The translations under genes and the position numbers were made by a program. Below, piece by piece: positions 57,184 to 64,000 of a stretch of 64,000 bases of DNA; position 1 is the first letter of the stretch, and every line of letters begins with the position of its first letter. The stretch comes from a virus, in the IMG/VR virus record IMGVR_UViG_3300034685_000230, positions 1 to 64,000 of that record; one strand, written 5' to 3'. The notes beneath the pieces are model-generated. The model made no database searches. It had not been told where the DNA came from and saw only the letters and a program-made list of their open reading frames with translations.

Positions 57184-57390
57184 TTACTCTACCGGGGGTA
57201 CCGGTGGGTTCTCTTTCGAACTCGCCTGCTCCTTAAACGTATGCTCTAGATACCGAGCCCAGCTGTCGATCGCTATTACTAGTGAGATACCCTCTAGAGT
57301 TTGCTTGTTAATCACCCAAACTGCTAGATTAACAAGCTTGATTGCTAGAGACAACCTCAGTTCCGAAAAAAAATTCTTCACGCTTCTCAC
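57184..57390 (-). CDS. hypothetical protein
   Basis: Small ORF coupled between the gp47- and gp46-like genes. Confidence 0.4.
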   Translation of the reverse strand: MRSVKNFFSELRLSLAIKLVNLAVWVINKQTLEGISLVIAIDSWARYLEHTFKEQASSKENPPVPPVE

Positions 57391-58514
57391 CGTCTCTTAA
57401 CGTACTCAATGATCTTAACCGCATCGTCCCTACCGGTAGGCGGTTTCTTAAACTGAAGGGCGTAGTCAACCAGCTTGTCGTCAGTCAGCAGGTTGTTGGC
57501 TAGGAGTTCCTCAAACTCGCTTATCGCGTTTAGAGACGCTTGGCTAAACTCCTCGGACGCCGTAGACTTAACAAACTTAACGGACTTGAAGAACTCCCTT
57601 AGCTTTGAAACCTTTCGCATGTCCCTAACGCTACTGTACTTGTACAGTATCTTAGTCCTACTCAGCTTTTCCAACTCGCTGTTCTTACAGTAGTCCCTTA
57701 AGTCTTCAAACTTGCTGTAGACTTTGTATATGTACGTGTGTGGGTTGTCGATATACTTCATTGCTTCAGGCTTGTCAAAGTCAAGCACGTGTAGCCCCTT
57801 AGACTCGCCTGTATTTCGAAAGTCAACGTTTCTACTGGACCCAATGTACACCGCTTTTCTTCCGTCTACCACGTACTCAGCAGGGTCATGCACGTGTCCG
57901 AGTAGTACTAAGTCATACTTATACTTTCTCACTAACTCTTCGGTAGTTGGAACGTTCGGGAGACTCTCTCTCCAACCGCCGTACGCGTGCTGCGTTTCGA
58001 GTAGGTTAAAGTGCCCCATCAGGATCCTCTTAGTCCCGGCGCTAAACTTTCGGTCGGCCTCGTCTAGATAGGGGTATACGTCCGTGCTGTACGGGATAAA
58101 GGCAACCTCCACCCCGTCCTGAATCTTGACAACTTTTGGGGAGTCAAAGACAACTACGTTTGGGTAGTGGGCGAACGGGGCGAGTAGGGACGCCCTTACC
58201 CTTACGTCTCTGTCACCGACCCTTACCACTGAGACTTTGTTGTCAACGTCGTCGTGGTTTCCGACTATGAGCAGAACGGTAGTATCCAGCGCTATCTCAG
58301 CTATGAGCTTTGAGATAATGCTCATCACGGAGGACGTGATTGAGTTGGGTGAGTTGAATACGTCGCCGAAGAATATCGTGTAGTCAGGTTTCTCCCTGTA
58401 GATACTGCTTCTTATGAGGTCAAACAGCTGAAACACTTCGCGAAACGAGTCGCTGTCGGTGATCGAAGTCTTAGCGTTGTCAATGTGCATGTCCCCCACC
58501 AGAATGGCCCTCAT
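57387..58514 (-). CDS. Mre11/SbcD-like nuclease (gp47-like)
   Basis: GDMH, FGDVF, GNHD, GHVH metallophosphoesterase motifs. Confidence 0.9.
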   Translation of the reverse strand: MRAILVGDMHIDNAKTSITDSDSFREVFQLFDLIRSSIYREKPDYTIFFGDVFNSPNSITSSVMSIISKLIAEIALDTTVLLIVGNHDDVDNKVSVVRVGDRDVRVRASLLAPFAHYPNVVVFDSPKVVKIQDGVEVAFIPYSTDVYPYLDEADRKFSAGTKRILMGHFNLLETQHAYGGWRESLPNVPTTEELVRKYKYDLVLLGHVHDPAEYVVDGRKAVYIGSSRNVDFRNTGESKGLHVLDFDKPEAMKYIDNPHTYIYKVYSKFEDLRDYCKNSELEKLSRTKILYKYSSVRDMRKVSKLREFFKSVKFVKSTASEEFSQASLNAISEFEELLANNLLTDDKLVDYALQFKKPPTGRDDAVKIIEYVKRR

Positions 58515-59626
58515 GACACCACCCTTCGCTTGCTTAATAGTTTTACTGCCTCGTTTATTTTGTGTGAAAAATACACTAAAACTGCGGCAGATTTAGCATT
58601 TTTTCGCAGTATTTGTGTGTATTCTAAGTCGTTCCCCTTGTACATGTCTAAGTGAAGGAGTTTGTAGAGTTCTCTTTGGTCGTACTTGAGCTTTCTCTCG
58701 AAAGTTTCCCTCTCTATAGTAGAGTTTACCCTGTATACGAACGGGTTTTCTAAGTTTGACAAGTCAATGACTGACTGGTTGCTCTGAATCAACCTTTTGT
58801 TACCGCTGTCTGACAAGACAGTCTTAAAGTTTTCTAGCAGTCTCTTATCCCTACTACTCAGCCCGTCGGCGTAGTTGCCTAAGATACTAGAAACACTCTT
58901 CTCTAGCTCACCAACGCTGCTAACAGTAGCTTTATCCCCGTACACGCTGTCGATAACGTTAAACACTCTAGAGACCTTCTTCCATCCCCAATTGTACAGC
59001 CCGCTTACACTGTCACTCTTGTCACCGACTATAGACTTCGCTAAGGCGTAGTTACGGTGGCTGAAGCAAGCGTCAAGCTTGTACTTGCTACACCAGTTGT
59101 CGACCGTAACTTCCCCCTTGTACCAGTCAAAAATGGTAGTATCCTCGCCCAGCAGCTGCACAAAGTCTGAGTCACTCGACGCTACGATAAACCTTGCCTT
59201 GTCGTCTAGTCTTCTTAGGTACCTGGTTAAAACGTAAACAATCAGATCCGCTTCCGTATTCTTTACGTCGATGAACGGAAACGGCAGAGTGTACACGACT
59301 TTCTTAAGGTACTCAACGTAACTCTTTTCTTTCTCCTCGTTGGTTAAACTCTTAAACCTCTTGCTACCACTCTTATAACCGCTTAGAATCGCCGTAGCTC
59401 TCCTGTTGTACCCGTTGTCGGAGCAGATATATATTAAGTTTGGCTTAAGCTCACTTACCAAGTCAGTTATCCTGTTTATCAAGCTAACAGTTAAACCGGT
59501 GACTAACTCCGCCTCGTCTAGACTAGAGATGTCTCGCGAGTACGTGTAGCGCTTTACAAGGTTAAGCCAGTCGACTATAAGGTACTTCACCCTACTCTCC
59601 TTCTTAGAAAACACAAGGGTAGACAC
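58511..59626 (-). CDS. 5'-3' exonuclease / RNase H (FEN-like)
   Basis: LIVDW, EADLI, SSDSDFVQL, GDKSDSVSG. Confidence 0.85.
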   Translation of the reverse strand: MSTLVFSKKESRVKYLIVDWLNLVKRYTYSRDISSLDEAELVTGLTVSLINRITDLVSELKPNLIYICSDNGYNRRATAILSGYKSGSKRFKSLTNEEKEKSYVEYLKKVVYTLPFPFIDVKNTEADLIVYVLTRYLRRLDDKARFIVASSDSDFVQLLGEDTTIFDWYKGEVTVDNWCSKYKLDACFSHRNYALAKSIVGDKSDSVSGLYNWGWKKVSRVFNVIDSVYGDKATVSSVGELEKSVSSILGNYADGLSSRDKRLLENFKTVLSDSGNKRLIQSNQSVIDLSNLENPFVYRVNSTIERETFERKLKYDQRELYKLLHLDMYKGNDLEYTQILRKNAKSAAVLVYFSHKINEAVKLLSKRRVVS

Positions 59627-59667
59627 TTCACCTACCCTTATGTTTCCTGAAACTTGTGTCAGCTAAA

Positions 59668-60447
59668 CTAGTCTCTTCTAGCCGTTACCGCTAGGGTAAC
59701 TACGGACTTGTCATCCTTTAGTGTAACTCCGATCAGTAGGTCACTCACCAGCATGCTTAAGCTACTGTCGCTCCTACACTTTGTAATCTTGTTTAAAACT
59801 TTAACTAAGTTAGTGTCATACTTACCGCTAAAGCCGGGGTCAACTTCTACGTCAAACGTGTACTGAAACTCATTACCCAAGACATCCTTACCCAGCGCCG
59901 TAAGCTTACCGCTCTTTTCCCTAAACTCTAGAGCGTCTAAGTCTGACAAGACTGACACCATGTCGACTAGTTCCTTTAACTGCGGCAGTTCTGGGCTAAA
60001 GACCGTAAACTTTGAGTCCCTGATGTCGTTCTCACTCTTAGCTAACTCGTACAGCTCTTCACCGGTGTGTGGAAACTCAAACACGTCACCCTCGCTTATC
60101 ATGAGTAGCGCCATGTCTAGCTTCTTACTCGGCCCCTTGGCGGAAATTTTATTCTTTGTTACCGTTAGCTCCTCAAAACCGGAGTTCAGCACGCTGTTGA
60201 TCAGAGCTTTGTTGAGCGGTAGCCTTACCACTAAGCCGGAGTTGTCCTCAATATCTTCGAAATCACTGACTACTACCTTTCCGGAAAACACCGTGTCGCC
60301 GTTAATGTCGATAGTCTCGATAGCTACCGCGCTCTCCCCATCCTTCTTGACAAACTTTACCGGTACACTTGAAAAGGTATCTGGACACAGCGCTAGTAAG
60401 TATTTTAGGCTCTCAACATCACTGGGTTTAAGTACTACTTTACTCAT
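59668..60447 (-). CDS. sliding clamp (PCNA/gp45-like)
   Basis: 259-aa two-domain alpha/beta pattern in the replication cluster near the clamp loader; inferred mainly from size and context. Confidence 0.5.
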   Translation of the reverse strand: MSKVVLKPSDVESLKYLLALCPDTFSSVPVKFVKKDGESAVAIETIDINGDTVFSGKVVVSDFEDIEDNSGLVVRLPLNKALINSVLNSGFEELTVTKNKISAKGPSKKLDMALLMISEGDVFEFPHTGEELYELAKSENDIRDSKFTVFSPELPQLKELVDMVSVLSDLDALEFREKSGKLTALGKDVLGNEFQYTFDVEVDPGFSGKYDTNLVKVLNKITKCRSDSSLSMLVSDLLIGVTLKDDKSVVTLAVTARRD

Positions 60448-60530
60448 CGCAAAACCTTCCTTTCACTGTTAGTTGTCAGTTTACAAACTTCTGTTAATTC
60501 CCTACTAACTTCCTGCCTACTCTTCCGCAC

Positions 60531-61604
60531 TCAAACAACGTCAAACATTGCGTTAAAAAACACGTTGTTGTACAGCTCGCACACGTCACTCTCTACGTTA
60601 AACTTTGACGCTAAGTAGACAAACGCCTGCGCTATCTCTAAGTAAGCTGGTATAACGTGACTGTGCATTGTAACCTCCGCGTTACAGTCTGTATTAAGTA
60701 ACTTATACACAGAGTTAATTAACGCTACTATTTCTCGGCGTGACTCTGTGTATACACTAGTAAAAAACGTAGCGATACCGTCGCTGACAGCCTGCGCGTT
60801 CTCAACTAACTCAGCGTGGTCCTTCAGCAACAGCCGTTTCCAACTAACACCGTTGCTAAGCAAGTTGTCGATTAAACCGTAGTCTCTCTCGTAGAAGTGC
60901 GCGCTCCCGATGTGTACCAGCATGTCGCTGTACTGCGCACCCAGCACCCTAGCCAGAAGCTGCCCTACTATGTCCCACCAGGGAATGTCAAAGGTTAAGC
61001 CCTTAACCGCGTCCGAAGACCTGATGTGTACTAAGTTGTACAGCCTTCCGTCCCTTATCAAAAAGTGCTGGGTTTGGGTGCACGTAAAATCCCTAACACC
61101 GTCTTCGTATATGTTCGGCAGGGTGTACTGGATGATAGCTTGCCTGCTGTGTGGGTCCCGGTTAAGCGTTCTAACAACGTACGAGAACGGGCTGTCTGGA
61201 TATGACCTTAACAGGTTGTACTTGTATATCGGAATCTCAGTCACGGGCTTGTAGAAAACGTGGTAACCGTAGTTTGAGTTGACCTTGTTTTCGTGTAGCT
61301 TGACTTCGTGCGGTGGGTAGCGGCGCTCACTTTTAGGGTTTCTTAGACTATCCCACATTCTCCCGAAGCGCGCGATGTAGTCCGGCTGTAGGTAGCCGGA
61401 CATGTACCACATAAACTCCGCGCGTAGGTACCTTCCCTCGGGAGTAGTGCTGTCGGCGGTGTTTCGAAACTTGGAGTTGACTATAGTCTCACTGTTCGTC
61501 ACCCTTAAGTCCTTAAACAAAAGTTCGGTTACTTCCTGCCCTCTCGGGCTAGACTTAAACCCACTAGTCTTAATGTCGCTAACTAAGTCTACATACGTGT
61601 TCAC
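60531..61604 (-). CDS. thymidylate-synthase-fold pyrimidine-modifying enzyme (dCMP hydroxymethylase-like)
   Basis: SPRG, NSNYG, SRQAII, DFTCT, RSSDAVKGLTFDIPWW, IGSAHFYE. Confidence 0.75.
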   Translation of the reverse strand: MNTYVDLVSDIKTSGFKSSPRGQEVTELLFKDLRVTNSETIVNSKFRNTADSTTPEGRYLRAEFMWYMSGYLQPDYIARFGRMWDSLRNPKSERRYPPHEVKLHENKVNSNYGYHVFYKPVTEIPIYKYNLLRSYPDSPFSYVVRTLNRDPHSRQAIIQYTLPNIYEDGVRDFTCTQTQHFLIRDGRLYNLVHIRSSDAVKGLTFDIPWWDIVGQLLARVLGAQYSDMLVHIGSAHFYERDYGLIDNLLSNGVSWKRLLLKDHAELVENAQAVSDGIATFFTSVYTESRREIVALINSVYKLLNTDCNAEVTMHSHVIPAYLEIAQAFVYLASKFNVESDVCELYNNVFFNAMFDVV

Positions 61605-61622
61605 CGGAATACCTCCCTTCTA

Positions 61623-62597
61623 CTACCCGTTACTCTCGCTGATTAACTCCTTTAGTGTAACAACGCAGCTTAGAAACACGAGGTCCCTGTCGACCACGAC
61701 TCTAGACTTGTAGGCGTGGTCGGCTATGACGATGATAGCGTCGGGTATGTCGTAGTTCTCGACAAAGTAGTCCTTCAGCGACGTGTATATGTTTTCGTCA
61801 AAAATGATCCTCTTAGTTAACTTTGCTATGTCCTTAATACTACTAGCTTTGGTAAATATTTGGTCAAAGAGCTTGCGGTAAGACTCTAGAATACCGTCCC
61901 TCAGTACGGCTTCGCTTAGCTTCCCGTGTATAGTGTGTAGTTTCTGCGACTCGTTGATAATCTTTCGCAAGTCAGAGTTGTACTTCTTAATCACGCTTAC
62001 AACGTACTCCTCGGTGTAGCTAACTCCCTCGCTGTCGAGTATCTCAACCAACCGCTTGGCGGCGTCGACCGGTTCAACGTGGGTTTCAAACTCTACACAC
62101 CGGCTTCGAATCGCGTCGCTAATCCTGTTAACGGCGTTGCACGTGAGTATAAACCTGCAGTACTTGCTGGAAGTCTCCATCAGCTCTCGCAGCGAGTCCT
62201 GAGCCGTGTAGTTCAAGCCGTCCGCCTCGTTTAAGACAACAACCTTAAGGGTGTTTCCCCAAGCGGACGACGTAGCAAAGGCCATCACCTTGTCGCGGAT
62301 AGTGTCGATACCGCGCTCCTCAGACGCGTTAATGACTAACTTAGAGCACTTAACGTTGCTTAGGATAACGCTGACAATCGAGTTCTTACCCGTCCCCGGC
62401 TTACCGTAGAGCAGTAGGTTGGGGATGTCTTGCTTTCTAATCGACTCGGTTAGAAACTTCTTAACGTCGCTGCTAGCAGCCAGTTCCTCAACCTTAGTCG
62501 GCCGGTACTTCTCGGTCCACAGCGAATGAACCCTCTCCACTAAGGCACGAACACCCTCACCGATACTTTTGTCACTCAATCCTACATCCTCCAACAC
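61623..62597 (-). CDS. clamp loader AAA+ subunit (RFC small / gp44-like)
   Basis: WTEKYRP, GKPGTGK, NASEERGID, NEADGL, FILTCN, SRC. Confidence 0.9.
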   Translation of the reverse strand: MLEDVGLSDKSIGEGVRALVERVHSLWTEKYRPTKVEELAASSDVKKFLTESIRKQDIPNLLLYGKPGTGKNSIVSVILSNVKCSKLVINASEERGIDTIRDKVMAFATSSAWGNTLKVVVLNEADGLNYTAQDSLRELMETSSKYCRFILTCNAVNRISDAIRSRCVEFETHVEPVDAAKRLVEILDSEGVSYTEEYVVSVIKKYNSDLRKIINESQKLHTIHGKLSEAVLRDGILESYRKLFDQIFTKASSIKDIAKLTKRIIFDENIYTSLKDYFVENYDIPDAIIVIADHAYKSRVVVDRDLVFLSCVVTLKELISESNG

Positions 62598-62832
62598 TGT
62601 AATTAGCTACCGCTTTGTAGAAGCTTGACTAGTTAGTTGTATTATAACTCGCTTCGGTGATGTTGTACATAGCTTTGCTTCAAAGAATAGCAACCACTGC
62701 TATGTTAGCTAAATACACTCTAACTATAGAGATACTTTTATGGTGAAAAAAACGCTGTATTTGTAACTATTTAATATATATTACTCTAGAGCAATATTAT
62801 TTTTAAAAACTACGCTAGTTATAATTATTTAT

Positions 62833-63081
62833 TGGCTCAAAAACATCTAGATGTTTTTGAGCCAGTCAAAGAATTGCTAGCATGCTAGCAATTCTTTGAC
62901 TCTAACTGTTAGCAACAATTACTACGTAGCAGTGCTGATTGATTTAATTAACAGTACTGTTTATTATATTTTTTATTAGCAATGCTATAACTAAATATCT
63001 TAGCTATAGTTTTTAATATCAATCAGTGTAACATAAACATGTTTATGTTACAATCGAAGAATTGCTAAGCAATTCTTCGAT
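62833..63081. repeat. two tandem pairs of long palindromes in an AT-rich intergenic region
   Basis: Perfect 32 bp (62833-62864), 38 bp (62864-62901) and 26 bp (63027-63052) palindromes, plus a 29-bp palindrome with a 1-nt centre (63053-63081). Confidence 0.85.
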
Positions 63082-63922
63082 ACAACTACAAGTATTTACA
63101 CTGTATAGTTAACATGTTATCTAAGTTCTAGAATCAATAAATTACCAGTTCTTTATATTGCAATGATTAGTAATATTTTTAATATTTATTTATAAATATT
63201 TTTATTATTATTTATACATAGCTAAGCTAGAGTGCTAAACGCCTACAGTTAAACTAAGCACTAAGGCACTAAACAACATCTACTAACACATGCTACTAGT
63301 GTATTAGCCTTTATTATAATTACGCTACTTTTCGAATCTAGATTCTAGCTGTACTACTCCGCGGAGCGCTCCGCTGCTCGAGCTTAGTTAACTAAACACT
63401 GTACGTTAAAAATTTAAAAACATGTTTGAATTCTTCTAACTACTCACCGCCTTACTTAAATAAAGGCTTTCTACACTTACACTGTATGTAGAGTACTCTC
63501 ACTGTCTAATTATAACTTACTACATCTCTAAGAAAAACGGCTAGTTTTCAAAAAGCCCTGCATAAATAGCACCCGTTGCTACTAATTTTTTTGAGAATTG
63601 GAGTCGTCTTGGTGTGTGCAGGGTTTTACTAGTGTCGATAGTTAACTTACTGTAGTTTTAAGAAAGTAATTGGCTTTCGAAGAAGTACTGTATAAATAGC
63701 ACTAGTTGCTATAAATGCATTTTAAAAAAACAACATTAAAAACCGTGTGTTAGCTAGCAGTTGTACTTTTCCTACTGCGTGTGATATAATCTCCGTAGAG
63801 AGAGTGAATTCGCTTAAAACTAACCGGCAGTAGAGTTTTACACCGTGCTCAAGACTACTGTTTACATTTAACGACTACTGTGGTATAATAAAACAAACGC
63901 GTTAGAAAAACGGGGTGACAGT

Positions 63923-64000
63923 ATGTCTAAATCTAAGCCGCTTACAAGAGAGTACTTTTCCGAAAAAGACATGACTAAGTATGTTAGAGAATACCAGTTA
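63923..64000 (+). CDS. partial CDS (MSKSKPLTREYFSEKDMTKYVREYQL...)
   Basis: GGGGTG RBS after two early-type promoters; runs off the window. Confidence 0.55.
   Translation, partial: MSKSKPLTREYFSEKDMTKYVREYQL

Noticed and set aside
58511-62597. Archaeal virus interpretation (RFC-like loader, PCNA-like clamp, DUF1874)
   Set aside because: Sigma70 -35/-10 promoters, a sigma-like gene and a peptidoglycan peptidase point to a bacterial host.
1-64000. Stop-codon reassignment (TAG or TGA)
   Set aside because: Conserved genes are full length in the standard code, and many end in TAG or TGA directly before the next RBS.
1-64000. tRNA genes, reverse transcriptase/DGR, integrase
   Set aside because: No cloverleaf, RT or recombinase motifs recognised by eye; tRNAscan-SE was not run.

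Overview
This window is part of a large, T4-superfamily-like myovirus (contractile-tailed dsDNA phage). The host is most likely bacterial, given sigma70-type promoters, AGGAG RBSs and an M15 peptidoglycan peptidase. It carries tail genes (fibre, tube, sheath, terminator, neck), packaging and head genes (TerL, putative TerS, portal, scaffolds, prohead protease, major capsid protein) and replication/nucleotide genes (PolB, gp32-like SSB, clamp, clamp loader, FEN/RNase H, Mre11/Rad50, Ski2-like helicase, intein-containing class II RNR, ThyX, a ThyA-fold enzyme with the dCMP-type Asp, Dam-like MTase). Most notable: (1) the major capsid gene is split by three closely related group I introns into exons of 173/33/61/1137 nt that splice to a clean 467-aa gp23-like protein, and only intron 3 carries an endonuclease; (2) four OMEGA-type guide-RNA loci: three TnpB-type omegaRNAs with no tnpB ORF (two covarying homologues, and one 183-bp mini-element with its own perfect sigma70 promoter) plus an IscB/HEARO-type RNA at the left edge; (3) two free-standing, catalytically degenerate Hint-like proteins, one joinable to a start-less M15 peptidase by a -1 shift at U UUU UUA; (4) a divergent AcrIII-1 (DUF1874)-like protein; (5) a stripped PolA-like protein beside the SSB; (6) an AT-rich non-coding region with two tandem pairs of long palindromes. 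All calls come from reading motifs by eye; no database searches were run.
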